Shown: piece after piece, positions 9,735 through 21,018 of the stretch
Layout of the letters: each line of letters starts with the position of its first letter
Position numbering within the stretch: position 1 is the stretch's first letter
Source of the DNA: Candidatus Latescibacterota bacterium
GTDB lineage: Bacteria; Latescibacterota; UBA2968; UBA8231
Assembly (NCBI GenBank): GCA_965215195.1
Contig: CBDCDC010000002.1
Coordinates: 544,001-608,000, forward strand
Length of the DNA stretch: 64,000 bases
Reading direction: 5' to 3'
The notes under the pieces: generated by a model
Told to the model about the DNA's origin: nothing
The model's database searches: none
The model's input: only the letters and a program-made list of their open reading frames with translations
Translations under genes and position numbers: made by a program

Positions 9735-10336
9735 TTGGCGAGGGCTGCCAGCTCTTTTTCGGACGCCAGCAGGCCGTCGATTAGGCCGAAGTCGATGGCC
9801 TCGGCGGGCGAAAGAAAGTAATCGCGCTCGGTGACCAGCTCGATGCGCTCAAGCGGCTGGCCGGTATCTTGGACCAATATCTGATTGAGCCGGTCGCGCC
9901 ACTCCACGATTTCGCGGGCGTGGATTTCGATGTCGGCGGCTTGGCCGCGGACCCCTCCCCAGGGCTGGTGGATCATGAGCCGAGAGTGCGCAAGGGCGTG
10001 GCGCTTGCCCTTGGTCCCGCCGGCGAGGAGAATCGCACTCATGCTGTACGCTTGGCCGATGCACAGGGTCGCCACGTCGCAGGGGACGTACTTCATGGTG
10101 TCGTAGATGGCCAAGCCAGCCGTGAGGCTGCCGCCGGGGCTGTTGATGTAGAGCGAGATGTCTTTCTTGGGATCTTCCGAGGTTAAAAAGAGTAGCTGGG
10201 CGATGATGAGGTTGGCTTCGTGGTCGTCGATCGGGGTGCTGATGAAGATGATCCGCTCCTTGAGGAGGCGCGAGAAAATGTCGTAGGCGCGCTCGCCGCG
10301 GCCGGTCTGTTCGATTACTATGGGTACGATGGCCAT
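9731..10336 (-). CDS. clpP: ATP-dependent Clp protease proteolytic subunit
   Basis: [20 protein letters not shown], Ser in AYSMS, IHQP, ERD. Confidence 0.97.
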   Translation of the reverse strand: MAIVPIVIEQTGRGERAYDIFSRLLKERIIFISTPIDDHEANLIIAQLLFLTSEDPKKDISLYINSPGGSLTAGLAIYDTMKYVPCDVATLCIGQAYSMSAILLAGGTKGKRHALAHSRLMIHQPWGGVRGQAADIEIHAREIVEWRDRLNQILVQDTGQPLERIELVTERDYFLSPAEAIDFGLIDGLLASEKELAALAN

Positions 10337-10380
10337 GTGCTATTCTGTCGTGAAAAGAGAGCTTATTAACGGGTCAATGG

Positions 10381-10409
10381 ACTATAGGCGATACCCAATA
10401 TAGTGTCAA
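10381..10409 (-). promoter_or_regulatory. Sigma70-type promoter of clpP
   Basis: Minus strand TTGACA-17 nt-TATAGT. Confidence 0.8.
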
Positions 10410-10546
10410 TGGGTCACCGCTCAGGTCAATTGACCGCGCTGGGTCGGCGCGGTACATTTTGCCCTGTTCGCAGCGCGTCGTTGCCCCACCGAAGGTTAGT
10501 CCCTTAATCCATTGCAAGGCACAGTGATACGATTTTTTGAGTTCCG

Positions 10547-11197
10547 TTGCTTGGCCCTAGCGGGTCGCGGGTGCGCGTGCTCGTAGGCATTACCGGCGGC
10601 ATGGGTGCGGGCAAATCCGCCCTGGCGCAAATGCTCGCCGGATTGGGTGCGCTGCGGGTCGATGCCGACGAAGTGGCCCGCGAAGTGGCAGAAATCCCAG
10701 CGGTAATAAAGAATCTACAAGCGGCATTTGGCCGCGATTTGCTCGGCCCAGACGGGTGCTTGAACCGCCGGGAGTTGGGGCGTCGCGCCCTGCGGTCAGA
10801 CGAGGCGAGCCAGCGGTTAGAGGCCATTGTGCGGCCGCCCCTAGCAGCGGCCATCAAGCACCGGCTGGCGCGGGCGGTGGAGGAGGCCGGCGGGGGGGTC
10901 GTGGTGTTTGACGCGCCCCTGATATACGAGTGGGGGAACGAGGGGCACTTCGACCGGATCGCGGTGGTTGATGCCGAGGAGGAACGATGCGTGTCGCGGG
11001 TGCAGCAGCGCAGCGGCTTGCCGGTGTGCGAGATTAGGCAGCGGATGGCCCGCCAGATGGATCCGCGAAAAAAAAAGGCCCGCGCCGATTTTGTCATCGA
11101 CAACAACGGCAGTTTGGCCGCGCTCGCCGCGCAGGCGGAAGCACTGTGGGCCGAGTTGGTCGGCACCGCGCAGGGAAGAGGCGACCATGGCGAATGA
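10547..11197 (+). CDS. coaE: Dephospho-CoA kinase
   Basis: VGITGGMGAGKS, VDAD, DAPLIYE, ADFVIDNNG; start may be GTG 10571. Confidence 0.93.
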   Translation: MLGPSGSRVRVLVGITGGMGAGKSALAQMLAGLGALRVDADEVAREVAEIPAVIKNLQAAFGRDLLGPDGCLNRRELGRRALRSDEASQRLEAIVRPPLAAAIKHRLARAVEEAGGGVVVFDAPLIYEWGNEGHFDRIAVVDAEEERCVSRVQQRSGLPVCEIRQRMARQMDPRKKKARADFVIDNNGSLAALAAQAEALWAELVGTAQGRGDHGE

Positions 11198-12296
11198 GCG
11201 CTTGCGGCGGACGCCCCTCTACGAGGTCGCCGTTGCCGAAGGCGGGCGCATGGTGCCCTTTGGCGGGTGGGAAATGCCGGTCCAGTTCGAGGGCATCCGC
11301 CGCGAGCACTGGGCAGTGCGCCGAGCGGTCGGCCTGTTCGACATATCGCACATGGGCCGGATCGCCATTTCCGGGGAGCGCGGGTTGGCCTTTCTCGACA
11401 GCCTCTTGCCAGCGCGGGTGCGCGAATTGACCAGCGGCCAGATGCGCTACGCGCCGCTGTGCAATGAGCGGGGGGGATGCGTGGACGATCTGGTGGTCTA
11501 TCGGCTCGCACAACGGGAGTACCTCTTGGTGGTCAACGCGAGCCGGAAGGCTGCTGACTGGCAGTGGATTACCGCGTACGCAGTGGGGTGGTCGGGTGTG
11601 CAAATCGAGGACTTGAGCGATGAACAGGGCATGGTAGCTGTCCAAGGGCCGCGGGCCGCCGCCCTAGTTGAAGCACTCGCCGGACCGGCTAGCGCGGCGC
11701 TAGGGTACTATCGCTGCACAACGATGGAGATCGCCGGGATACGAGCGCTGCTCAGCCGCAATGGCTACACCGGCGAAGACGGGTTTGAGATCATGTGTCC
11801 GGCCGATCAAGTCGCCGCGCTGTGGGCCAAGCTCCGCGCGGCCGGTGCCCAACCCTGTGGGCTAGGTGCGCGCGACACCTTGCGCCTCGAGATGGGGTTT
11901 TGTCTCTATGGCCGCGAATTGAACGATCAGACGACCCCCCTAGAGGCGGGTTTGGCTTGGACCTTGGACTTAGAAAAAGAGGCGTATTTTATCGGAGCTG
12001 AGGCGCTGCGGGCGCAGCGCACGGCCGGAGGCTATCGCCGTTTGCGCGGCTTCCGCATGCTGGAAAGGGGCATTCCCCGGCCGGATTATCCGGTTTTCGA
12101 CCAGCGCGGCAAGCAGGTGGGGACCGTTACGAGTGGGACGCACTCGCCGGTGCTCGGCGCGGGGATCGGGCTGGCCTATTTACAGCGCGGTGCGCAAAAA
12201 ATAGGCACCGAGGTGTACATCGGCATGAAGGGCAAGCGGCAACCCGCCACAGTGGTCGAGCGGCCCTTTGTGCCTTCGGCTCTTAAAAAGGACTAA
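11187..12296 (+). CDS. gcvT: Glycine cleavage system T protein
   Basis: [43 protein letters not shown]. Confidence 0.97.
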   Translation: MANERLRRTPLYEVAVAEGGRMVPFGGWEMPVQFEGIRREHWAVRRAVGLFDISHMGRIAISGERGLAFLDSLLPARVRELTSGQMRYAPLCNERGGCVDDLVVYRLAQREYLLVVNASRKAADWQWITAYAVGWSGVQIEDLSDEQGMVAVQGPRAAALVEALAGPASAALGYYRCTTMEIAGIRALLSRNGYTGEDGFEIMCPADQVAALWAKLRAAGAQPCGLGARDTLRLEMGFCLYGRELNDQTTPLEAGLAWTLDLEKEAYFIGAEALRAQRTAGGYRRLRGFRMLERGIPRPDYPVFDQRGKQVGTVTSGTHSPVLGAGIGLAYLQRGAQKIGTEVYIGMKGKRQPATVVERPFVPSALKKD

Positions 12297-12307
12297 GCGG
12301 AGGCTGC

Positions 12308-15190
12308 ATGGGCGACGAATTTGGACCTAGCGATGCTTTTGTCCGCCGGCACATCGGCCCTACGGCCGCAGATGTAGCCGCCATGCTGGCGGCCGTGGGG
12401 GCCGACAGCTTGGACGACCTCATGGCCGAGGCCCTGCCGGCGGCGATTCGGATGCAAGGCCCCTTGGCGCTAGGCGAAGGCATCAGCGAGTACGAGCTGA
12501 TGGGGAGGTTGCGCGAATTGGCCGGCCAGAATCGCATACACCGCAGTTTTATCGGCATGGGCTACTCAGGCTGCATAACTCCTCCGGTGATCCAGCGCAA
12601 CATCTTGGAGAATCCAGGCTGGTACACCCAGTACACGCCCTACCAGTCCGAAATCGCCCAAGGGCGGCTAGAGGCCCTGCTCAACTTCCAGACCATGGTC
12701 GGCGACCTGACGGGTTTTGCCCTAGCCAATGCCTCCTTGTTGGACGAAGCCACGGCCGCGGCCGAAGCCATTGCCATGCTGCGGGCAGTGCAAAAGAAAA
12801 ACGCGAGCCAGCGCGTCTTTGTCTCGTCGGCCTGCCACCCGCAAACCATAGCGGTGGTCGAGGTCCGGGCCGAGTCGCGGGGGTGGGAGGTTGTAGTAGG
12901 CGATCACCGAGCATGGGATTTTGCGTCCGGGGCCTTCGCCGCCCTGCTCCAGTACCCGGCCTCGGACGGCGCTCTATACGACTACGCCGCCTTCTGCGCT
13001 CAGGCTCACGCCGAGCAGACGCTCGTGTGCGTGGCGGTCGATTTGCTCGCCCTGTGTTTGCTGCGGCCCCCCGGGGAGTTTGGGGCCGATGCGGCCGTCG
13101 GGAGCGCACAGCGCTTTGGCATGCCGATGGGATACGGCGGCCCGCACGCGGCCTTTTTGGCGACGCGACCCGAGTTCCAGCGGCAGGTGCCCGGGCGCAT
13201 CATTGGCGTCTCCACGGATGTCCGCGGCCAGCCCGCCCTGCGCATGGCCCTGCAAACCCGCGAACAGCACATCAAACGAGAACGGGCGACGAGCAATATA
13301 TGCACGGCCGAGGTCTTGCCAGCCGTGGTGGCGAGCATGTACGCGGTCTATCACGGGCCGGCCGGACTGCGGCGCATGGCCCGTCGCATACACCGCCAAG
13401 CGCGGGCGCTCGCTCGCGGGCTGGAGGAAGCCGGCTACCGCGTCGTCCACGACCAGTACTTTGACGCGCTGCGCGTTGAAGTGGGAGCGCGGGGGGACGC
13501 GCTGTTGGCGCAGGCGCGGGCCGCGGGGATGAACTTCCGCAATCTAGGGGACGGGCACTGGGGCATTGCCCTCGACGAAACGACCCACAAGGCCGATTTG
13601 CAAGCCATCCTCGCCTTGCTGGGCGGCAAGTTGCCTGCCCAAGTCCATGCAGAGCCTGCTTGGACGCCGGTCCACGGCCGCCACTCGCGCTTCATGGAGC
13701 ATCCAGTCTTTGCGGCGCATCACTCCGAGACCGCAATGATGCGCTACATGCGCCGGCTCGAAGCCAAGGATATGTCCTTGGTCCACGCGATGATTCCCCT
13801 CGGCTCGTGTACCATGAAGCTCAATGCGACCGCGGAAATGATGGCGATTACTTGGCCCGAATTCGCTGGGCTGCATCCGTTTGCACCCGTAGAGCAAGCC
13901 CGGGGGTACGCGGCGATTTTCGCCGAAATGGAGGATATGCTGCGCCAAATCACCGGCCTCAAGGGCATTTCCCTGCAACCCAACGCGGGTTCGCAGGGCG
14001 AATACGCCGGCCTACTCATCGTGCGCAAATACCACCGGACGCGCGGGGAGGCCCAGCGCAACGTCTGCCTCATTCCGGCCTCGGCCCATGGGACGAACCC
14101 AGCTAGCGCGGTTATGGCCGGGTTGGACGTGGTAGTCATCGCCTGTGACGAGGAAGGTAATATCGACTTGGCAGACCTGCGGGCGAAGGCCGCCGCACAC
14201 CGCGAACAGCTAGCGGCCCTGATGGTGACGTACCCATCGACCCACGGGGTGTTTGAAGAAGCCATCGGCGAAATCTGCGCGATCGTCCACCAAGCGGGCG
14301 GTCAGGTCTATATGGACGGCGCCAATATGAATGCCTTGGTGGGATTGTGCCGGCCCGGAGAAATCGGCATTGACGTGTGCCACTTGAATTTGCACAAGAC
14401 CTTTTGCATCCCCCACGGCGGGGGCGGCCCGGGGATGGGTCCCATTGCCGTGGCCGAGCACTTGGTGGAGTTCCTGCCCGCGCACCCCCTCGTCCACACC
14501 GGCGGGGCCGCAACGCCTCACCCGCCGCCTTCAGGCGGTGCCTCGATTGGCCCCATTGCGGCCGCGCCGTGGGGCAGTGCCTCGATTCTGCTCATATCGT
14601 GGGCCTACTTGCGCCTGATGGGCGGCTCGGGCCTCACCGAGGCGACGCAGGTGGCGATCCTCAATGCCAATTACCTGAGCCGCCGCCTCGCGGATTCCTT
14701 TCCCGTGTTATACAAAGGGCGCAACGGGCGCGTGGCCCACGAGTGCATCCTCGACCTGCGCTGGGCGCGGAAGTACGGCATTGGCGTAGAAGACGTGGCT
14801 AAACGGTTGATGGACTACGGGTTCCACGCGCCTACGGTATCCTTCCCGGTCGCTGGGACCCTGATGGTCGAACCTACTGAGAGCGAGTCCAAGGCCGAAT
14901 TGGACCGGTTTTGCGCGGCCATGATCGCCATTGGCGGCGAAATCCGGCAAGTAGCTGCCGGAGAGATGGACCGCGCCAACAACCCCCTCGTCCACGCGCC
15001 GCACCCCGTGGATGTCGTGCTGGCCGCCGAGTGGGATCGGCCCTATTCTAGAACCATTGCCGCCCTGCCGGCGCCTTGGCTGTTGGAGCGCAAGTTCTGG
15101 CCGGCCGTAGGGAGGCTGAACGACGCGCAGGGCGATCGCAACCTGATCTGTTCCTGTCCGCCCATAGAAACGTATTCACAAGAGGAATGA
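12308..15190 (+). CDS. gcvP: Glycine dehydrogenase (decarboxylating), single-chain P protein
   Basis: [40 protein letters not shown]. Confidence 0.98.
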   Translation: MGDEFGPSDAFVRRHIGPTAADVAAMLAAVGADSLDDLMAEALPAAIRMQGPLALGEGISEYELMGRLRELAGQNRIHRSFIGMGYSGCITPPVIQRNILENPGWYTQYTPYQSEIAQGRLEALLNFQTMVGDLTGFALANASLLDEATAAAEAIAMLRAVQKKNASQRVFVSSACHPQTIAVVEVRAESRGWEVVVGDHRAWDFASGAFAALLQYPASDGALYDYAAFCAQAHAEQTLVCVAVDLLALCLLRPPGEFGADAAVGSAQRFGMPMGYGGPHAAFLATRPEFQRQVPGRIIGVSTDVRGQPALRMALQTREQHIKRERATSNICTAEVLPAVVASMYAVYHGPAGLRRMARRIHRQARALARGLEEAGYRVVHDQYFDALRVEVGARGDALLAQARAAGMNFRNLGDGHWGIALDETTHKADLQAILALLGGKLPAQVHAEPAWTPVHGRHSRFMEHPVFAAHHSETAMMRYMRRLEAKDMSLVHAMIPLGSCTMKLNATAEMMAITWPEFAGLHPFAPVEQARGYAAIFAEMEDMLRQITGLKGISLQPNAGSQGEYAGLLIVRKYHRTRGEAQRNVCLIPASAHGTNPASAVMAGLDVVVIACDEEGNIDLADLRAKAAAHREQLAALMVTYPSTHGVFEEAIGEICAIVHQAGGQVYMDGANMNALVGLCRPGEIGIDVCHLNLHKTFCIPHGGGGPGMGPIAVAEHLVEFLPAHPLVHTGGAATPHPPPSGGASIGPIAAAPWGSASILLISWAYLRLMGGSGLTEATQVAILNANYLSRRLADSFPVLYKGRNGRVAHECILDLRWARKYGIGVEDVAKRLMDYGFHAPTVSFPVAGTLMVEPTESESKAELDRFCAAMIAIGGEIRQVAAGEMDRANNPLVHAPHPVDVVLAAEWDRPYSRTIAALPAPWLLERKFWPAVGRLNDAQGDRNLICSCPPIETYSQEE

Positions 15191-15191
15191 G

Positions 15192-16181
15192 ATGAGCCAA
15201 AAGCGCGCCCTAATCACTGGCATTACCGGCCAAGACGGTTCGTACTTGGCCGAATTGCTGCTAAAACAGGGCTATGAGGTTTTCGGGCTAGTCCGCCGCA
15301 GTAGCACGGTCAACTTCGAGCGGATCGGCCATTTGCAGGACCAAATCGAGCTGATCTCCGGCGATCTGTTGGACCAGAAGTCGCTGGTTTCAGCGCTGCA
15401 GACCGCGCGGCCGCAGGAAGTGTACAATCTGGGTGCCCAGTCCTTTATACCGGTCTCTTGGGAACAGCCCATGTTGACTGGCGAGATCACCGGCTTGGGC
15501 GTGACGCGGCTTTTGGAAGCCATCCGCGCCTGCGACGAGAACATTCGCTTTTACCAAGCCAGTACCAGCGAACTATTTGGCAAGGTACAGGAGACGCCGC
15601 AGAACGAGCAGACGGCCTTTTATCCGCGCTCGCCCTACGGGGTGTCCAAGCTCTACGCGCATTGGATCACCATCAACTACCGCGAGAGCTACGGCCTGTT
15701 CGCCTGTGCGGGCATTCTCTTCAATCACGAGTCGCCGCGCCGCGGGCGCGAATTCGTCACCCGCAAAATCACGCACGGCGTGGCCCGCATCAAATGCGGG
15801 CTGGACCAAGAGCTGCGCCTCGGCGACCTAACTCCTCGCCGCGATTGGGGCTATGCCGGCGACTATGTCCGCGCGATGTGGATGATGCTGCAGCAGGACG
15901 AACCCGACGATTACGTCATCGCCACGGGCACCTCCCGCACCATTGGCGAATTCTGCGAGATCGCCTTTGCCCACGCCGGCTTGGACTGGCGGCAATACGT
16001 GGTCGTGGATGAGCGCTTTTTGCGCCCGGCCGAGGTATATACCCTGTTGGGCGATGCGACTAAGGCGCGGGAAAAACTCGGTTGGGTACCCGAGGTTGGC
16101 TTTGAGGAAATGGTGCGGCAGATGGTTGACTCGGACTTGGACCAGGTGGCCCATCAGTCGGCCCTAGGACTGCGGCGATAG
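15192..16181 (+). CDS. gmd: GDP-mannose 4,6-dehydratase
   Basis: [37 protein letters not shown]. Confidence 0.95.
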   Translation: MSQKRALITGITGQDGSYLAELLLKQGYEVFGLVRRSSTVNFERIGHLQDQIELISGDLLDQKSLVSALQTARPQEVYNLGAQSFIPVSWEQPMLTGEITGLGVTRLLEAIRACDENIRFYQASTSELFGKVQETPQNEQTAFYPRSPYGVSKLYAHWITINYRESYGLFACAGILFNHESPRRGREFVTRKITHGVARIKCGLDQELRLGDLTPRRDWGYAGDYVRAMWMMLQQDEPDDYVIATGTSRTIGEFCEIAFAHAGLDWRQYVVVDERFLRPAEVYTLLGDATKAREKLGWVPEVGFEEMVRQMVDSDLDQVAHQSALGLRR

Positions 16182-16897
16182 CGGCGGCTGAACTTGCGGA
16201 TCTGGCCGCAGATCGTCTGAATCGCCCGCACATCGCGAACTTCCAAATCGACCTTGTTGAAGAAGCGGCGCAACACGCGGCCGAAGTGATCTGGCCTGTT
16301 GTTGTACGGGGTAAACTCTATCTGGGCAAGGGCTTGCAAAATCTGAGTGAACATGCGTTCGCGCTCGCCGGCCGTAGCCAGTTGCGCGGGCGGCTCCGGT
16401 GGCTTTTCGCTCACGGCCGCATACAGGCCATAGGCGAGCAGCAGCACGGCGTGAGAGAGGTTGAGGGAGGGATAGGCCACGGCCGTGGGGAACCTCAGCA
16501 CTTGGTGGCAGAGCGCGAGTTCCTCGTGCCACAACCCGTCCCGTTCGCGCCCAAACACGAGGGCGATGCGGCGGTGATGGGCTTGGGCGGCTAGTTGGGT
16601 AATCAGGGCCCCCGGCGCGGAAGTAACCGCGCGGAAGCGGCCCTGCCGATGGGTCGTGCCGACGACGATGTGGCAATCGGCGACGGCCGCTGCGAGGCTG
16701 GGAAATACTTGGCTGCCGTCGAGAATATCGCCGGCACCGTGGGCAAAGGTGTGCGCTTCCGGCGTATCCCACGCCCCGGGATTGACCAAGGCCAACTGGC
16801 TTATGCCCGTGGTCTTGAGCACGCGGGCCGTAGCACCGATGTTGCCGGGCGTGGCCGGCTCGACGAGCACGACGCGAATGTGGTCGAGAGGATTCAT
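16154..16897 (-). CDS. SPOUT RNA methyltransferase, TrmJ/LasT family
   Basis: [34 protein letters not shown]. Confidence 0.9.
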   Translation of the reverse strand: MNPLDHIRVVLVEPATPGNIGATARVLKTTGISQLALVNPGAWDTPEAHTFAHGAGDILDGSQVFPSLAAAVADCHIVVGTTHRQGRFRAVTSAPGALITQLAAQAHHRRIALVFGRERDGLWHEELALCHQVLRFPTAVAYPSLNLSHAVLLLAYGLYAAVSEKPPEPPAQLATAGERERMFTQILQALAQIEFTPYNNRPDHFGRVLRRFFNKVDLEVRDVRAIQTICGQIRKFSRRYRRSPRAD

Positions 16898-16937
16898 GCG
16901 GCGGACCAAACTAAACCAAGAAAGACACTGCGCGCCA

Positions 16938-18200
16938 ATGCACTCAGCAGGTGAATTCATCCGCATCCAACTCGCGCCCGGCGTCTATTTGCACTTGCAC
17001 AGCATTGGGTTGTACAAGACGGTCCGGGTGGATGTGTGTCTGAGTACGCCGCTGTGTGCGCCGCGGCATTCGCTCGTGGCCCTGAGCAGCCGACTGCTGG
17101 CGCGGGGCACGCACGAGCTGCCCGATGTGCAGAGCCTCAACCGCTTTATCGACGACCTCTACGGGGCGTATTACTCGGTGCAAGTCAATAGCTTGGGCGA
17201 GCATCAGTTCATTCATTTGTGCCTAGAGCTTATCGACGAGAACTTCCTCGGGGAGAAAGGGATACTGGTGCGCGGCCTCGCTTTCCTCCGCGACGTCCTG
17301 CGCGATGGCAGTGGGTTCCAGCGCGATTATCTAGAGCGCGAAAAGCACCGCCTCACGCGGCAAATCGCCGATGGCTTCAACGACAAACTCGGCTACGCAC
17401 AAAGGCGGTGCAGCGAAGAGATGTGCCGGGGCGAACCCATGGGCCTGTCGCCGCTGGGCAACCCTGCGGACTTTGCCGCTGTGCAGGCCGACGAGCTGTG
17501 GGCTTTTCACCGCGAGCGGACAGCTGCCGACCGCCTGGACCTCTTCGTAAGCGGCGATTTGCGCTTGGAGCAGATTCGGCCCTTGATAGAGTCGATTTTT
17601 ACTTGGGAACGCGCCGCGAGTCAGCCCCGGCCCCAACCTCCGCGCCCGCGCCTTGCTGGGCGGCCGCGCGAGGTTTTTGAATGCCAAGCGGTGCGCGAGG
17701 CAAAAATGGTGTTGGGCTATCGCACTCAAGTTGCTTATGGCGCAGACGACTATCCGGCTTTGGTACTCCTAAACCTGATCCTCGGCGGCGATGGCCCATC
17801 GCGGCTGTTTAAGCACCTCCGCGAAGAGGAAGGCTTGTGCTATTACATCGCATCGCATATCGAGACCTTGAGCGGACTGCTCTTTGTGGCCGCGGGCATT
17901 GAGGCCGCCGCGTACCCCGAGGTGCGGCACAAGGTGGAGAAAGAGCTGCAATCGCTGCGCGCAGGGGTCTTTGACCCCCGGGAAATCGAAGCAGCGCGGC
18001 GCTTACTTAGGGCGCGGCTGTTGGGACTAACCGAAGATCGCGAGGGCTTTTTTCGCTATCAGTTGCGCGAGGGGCTGATGGGGGGCAGTCAGTCCCCGGA
18101 AGCGCTGTGGCAGCGCATTGAGCAAGTCGGCGTTGAGGAGCTAACCCGCGTGGCCGGTGGCATTGCCGCGGATACGGCCTTTCTATTGCACGGGACGTGA
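16938..18200 (+). CDS. M16 peptidase-like protein, non-catalytic (YmfF-like)
   Basis: LDDLYGA-like motif, ILGGDGPSRLF..LRE..GLCYY; lacks HxxEH. Confidence 0.8.
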   Translation: MHSAGEFIRIQLAPGVYLHLHSIGLYKTVRVDVCLSTPLCAPRHSLVALSSRLLARGTHELPDVQSLNRFIDDLYGAYYSVQVNSLGEHQFIHLCLELIDENFLGEKGILVRGLAFLRDVLRDGSGFQRDYLEREKHRLTRQIADGFNDKLGYAQRRCSEEMCRGEPMGLSPLGNPADFAAVQADELWAFHRERTAADRLDLFVSGDLRLEQIRPLIESIFTWERAASQPRPQPPRPRLAGRPREVFECQAVREAKMVLGYRTQVAYGADDYPALVLLNLILGGDGPSRLFKHLREEEGLCYYIASHIETLSGLLFVAAGIEAAAYPEVRHKVEKELQSLRAGVFDPREIEAARRLLRARLLGLTEDREGFFRYQLREGLMGGSQSPEALWQRIEQVGVEELTRVAGGIAADTAFLLHGT

Positions 18201-18204
18201 GAAC

Positions 18205-19464
18205 GTGATACTGGGAGAAGCCGTGTACCGCAGCCGCTTAGGCGGCCTCGAGGTGTGGGCGGTGCCGCGCTTAGGCAGTCGGCAAAAAGCGGCCGTGCTG
18301 TACATAGACTATGGTTCGGTCGATCTGCATTTGCGCGCCCGCAGCTCCGGGCAGGTACAGACCACGCCCGCTGGAACCGCGCACTTTCTCGAACACCGCC
18401 TTTTTGCCAAACCCTACGGCGACATCACCGAGCAAATCAACCGCCTCGGCGGCGTCGTAAACGCCAGCACCAGTTTTACTTCAACCGTTTTCTCTCTGAC
18501 GTGCATTGAGCACTTTGCCGCCCACCTAGCGTTGCTCTTTGAGCTGGCGTTGGACCTGCACGTCCGGCCGGCCGGCGTTGCTCAGGAGCGCGAAATCATC
18601 GGCCACGAGCTACAGATAAGCTGCGACGACCCGGAATGGATCGGGTTTCTGCGCGGCCTCAAGGCGCTGTACCGGGATGGCCCCTTGGCGTGGGACATGG
18701 CCGGTACGCGGGAGAGCATTGGGCAGACCGACGCGGCTATGCTAACCCGCTGCCACGAGGTCTTTTACCGGCCCGAATACATGGGGCTGTACTTGTGCGG
18801 GGATTTCGACGTAGAGGCCACTTGCGCGGTCGTCGAGTCCAACTTGCTAAAGTACAGCCGGCCGCGCCCGGCATGGGACCGCGTGGAGCGGCCGGTAGTT
18901 TTACCATCCCCGCAGCCGCTCGGGGCCTTGGCCCTGCCGGTCAGTCGGCCCTATACCTTGCTGTTTTTCGGCGATGACAAGGCGGGCCGCTCGGGCCGCG
19001 ACTTGCTCTTGCGGGAACTGGCCTTGGAGTTGGCCTTGGACATTGCCTTGGGGCCGGCGAGCGATTTCTTTGCCGCGCACTACGAAGATGGCCTGATCGA
19101 CGGCGATGCCTTTGGGGCCGAGGTCTATGCCGAGCCCACGTTCTGCTTTTGCACGGTGGGCGGATACAGCGAGCAGAGCGAGCGATTGTGCGAAGAAGTA
19201 AGCGCCGCATTGGCCGGCCTCGACGAGCGCGTTGTGGCCGCGGATTTGGGCCGCGCCAAGCGCAAAGCCTACGGCCTGCTGCTGCGCGCGTGGGAGCAAG
19301 CCGAGGACGTGGCCGATCTGCTCTGCGCGGCCGCGGCAAGCGGAGCCGCGCCCAGCACTTACTTTGACGTACACGAGCAAATCGCGGTCGCCGATGTCCT
19401 CGAGGTGCTGGAAAGCTGCTTGTCGCCAGCGCATTTGAGCGCAATGCAGATTGTGCCCGCGTAA
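18205..19464 (+). CDS. M16 zinc peptidase (YmfH-like)
   Basis: YGSVD, PAGTAHFLEHRLF, NASTSF, E..IIG.E, DMAGT. Confidence 0.85.
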   Translation: MILGEAVYRSRLGGLEVWAVPRLGSRQKAAVLYIDYGSVDLHLRARSSGQVQTTPAGTAHFLEHRLFAKPYGDITEQINRLGGVVNASTSFTSTVFSLTCIEHFAAHLALLFELALDLHVRPAGVAQEREIIGHELQISCDDPEWIGFLRGLKALYRDGPLAWDMAGTRESIGQTDAAMLTRCHEVFYRPEYMGLYLCGDFDVEATCAVVESNLLKYSRPRPAWDRVERPVVLPSPQPLGALALPVSRPYTLLFFGDDKAGRSGRDLLLRELALELALDIALGPASDFFAAHYEDGLIDGDAFGAEVYAEPTFCFCTVGGYSEQSERLCEEVSAALAGLDERVVAADLGRAKRKAYGLLLRAWEQAEDVADLLCAAAASGAAPSTYFDVHEQIAVADVLEVLESCLSPAHLSAMQIVPA

Positions 19465-20432
19465 TGGCTGCCAAGATCTATCGCTATTGGATTGCGGTGC
19501 CGAGCGGGTTGGAGGCGGTGGCACTCGACGAGTTGCGAGAGTACGCGCCCGAGGCACAGCAGGTCAAAGTCGAACCGGGCGGGCGCATGGGCCAGATTTT
19601 CTTTGCGTACAAGCGCAGCCCGAAGCGGCTGCTGCGGCTGCGCTCGGCCGTGCAGTGCGCCGGTTTAATCGTTGAGATGCATGGTGTTACGGTGGGCCGC
19701 CCGGGCCTTGAGTACATCTGCAAACGCATCGCCCGCTGCGATCTGACGCCGGTCAAAAGCCTCGCGCAGGCCCAATCGGCTGCGGTTGACACCCGTGCTT
19801 TTGCCCTGAGCGCGACGCTGCGGGGCCGCTATCGGTTTAGCGCGGCCGAGCTGACCGCGGCCGTGGCAGCGGTTTTGCGCGACGAGCACGGGTTGCGCCG
19901 CGGCAAAGGGCCGCATCTGCTACGGCTTCACTTGCAGCTAACCGGGCGGCGTGCCCTGTTGGGGCTGCGGCTGGGGACGGGCGCAACTCCGAGTGCGGCC
20001 GTGGCGTATTGCTTGGCCCGCTTGGTGGCCGTGCAGCCGGGGGCCTGCGTCCTGTGGGCGCGCCGCGATCTTGGCGAGTTGGCCGCGCTACAAGAGGCGT
20101 TTGCGCCGCGCCTGCTAGTAGGTATCCGAGCGCACCTAATCGCCGCGCTGGAGCGCCTGCCCTTCGCGGCGGGAGTTATGGATTATGCGCTCGGCTTGGT
20201 CGGCGGGAACCCCGGCGCTGAACTGGCCGAACTGGCGCGGGTGTTGCGGCCGGGGGGGATCGCCCTCGTCCAAGTTGCCGAATTCGAGCACTTCATCGCC
20301 CTTTTGGAAGCCGGGGACTATCCTCTCGCAGTCTTGGCCGACTTGGAGATGCGCGAGCGCGGGCGGGCGTATCGGCTGGTCGTTCTCGAACGTTTGGAAG
20401 GGGAAGAGGCTGGGCTTTTGCAGGTGCTGTGA
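19464..20432 (+). CDS. THUMP-like/degenerate SAM-methyltransferase protein
   Basis: N-terminal PSGLEAVALDEL (THUMP/RlmL-like); C-terminal LPF..G.MD and ELARVLRPGG; SAM motif I not evident. Confidence 0.55.
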   Translation: MAAKIYRYWIAVPSGLEAVALDELREYAPEAQQVKVEPGGRMGQIFFAYKRSPKRLLRLRSAVQCAGLIVEMHGVTVGRPGLEYICKRIARCDLTPVKSLAQAQSAAVDTRAFALSATLRGRYRFSAAELTAAVAAVLRDEHGLRRGKGPHLLRLHLQLTGRRALLGLRLGTGATPSAAVAYCLARLVAVQPGACVLWARRDLGELAALQEAFAPRLLVGIRAHLIAALERLPFAAGVMDYALGLVGGNPGAELAELARVLRPGGIALVQVAEFEHFIALLEAGDYPLAVLADLEMRERGRAYRLVVLERLEGEEAGLLQVL

Positions 20433-20516
20433 AGGTGCTGAGAATTTGATCCTTAATTCCAAAAAGTATTACCTTAAAAAGGCCTAATTACATCCCTCTC
20501 TACAGGAGACAACCCA

Positions 20517-20984
20517 ATGAAAACGATCATTTTATCGGCCAGCTTATTAGTCTTGGCGAGCTTGTGGTCTTGCGGCGAGGCCCCGCTGACTACCGCGCCC
20601 GAGAAAGTGGACGCGGCTTGGGAAACCGTAGAGGTCAACGGAGTTGGCTATCAGCGGGTCGCCAGCAAGACGGCCGCCACCGCAAGCTCGGAGCTCCAGA
20701 TAACGATACCGATCCGCTACACGATTGAAGCAGCAGGCCAGATAACGCTATCCGATACTGTGGTAATTGCCGGTCGTACCTATGTTTATGACGATGGTCG
20801 GCATGACGACGATTGCGACGAAGATGGTCGGCATGACGATGATTGCGACGAAGATGGTCGGCACGACGACGATTGCGACGATTATGACGACGATGATTAT
20901 GACGACGATGACGATCATGACGACGACGATTATGACGACGATGACGATGACGATGACGATGACGACGACGATGACGACGACTAA
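20517..20984 (+). CDS. Lipoprotein with Asp-rich repeat tail
   Basis: AGGAG RBS, lipobox LWSC, C-terminal 64 aa dominated by Asp. Confidence 0.75.
   Translation: MKTIILSASLLVLASLWSCGEAPLTTAPEKVDAAWETVEVNGVGYQRVASKTAATASSELQITIPIRYTIEAAGQITLSDTVVIAGRTYVYDDGRHDDDCDEDGRHDDDCDEDGRHDDDCDDYDDDDYDDDDDHDDDDYDDDDDDDDDDDDDDDD
20793..20981 (+). repeat. 3 x 30-bp repeat (DGRHDDDCDE) followed by GAY trinucleotide tract
   Basis: GATGGTCGGCAYGACGAYGATTGCGACGAW x3, then Asp runs ending in 16 consecutive Asp codons. Confidence 0.95.
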
Positions 20985-21018
20985 TTCGTCTGTCCGCCGC
21001 TCGGGCGTCGCGTATTAA

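Noticed and set aside
12283-15004. Many long antisense and alternate-frame ORFs here and across the window
   Set aside because: Shadow ORFs expected in GC-rich coding DNA, overlapping well-supported genes
11187-15190. Absence of gcvH between gcvT and gcvP
   Set aside because: gcvH is often encoded elsewhere; cannot be judged from this window
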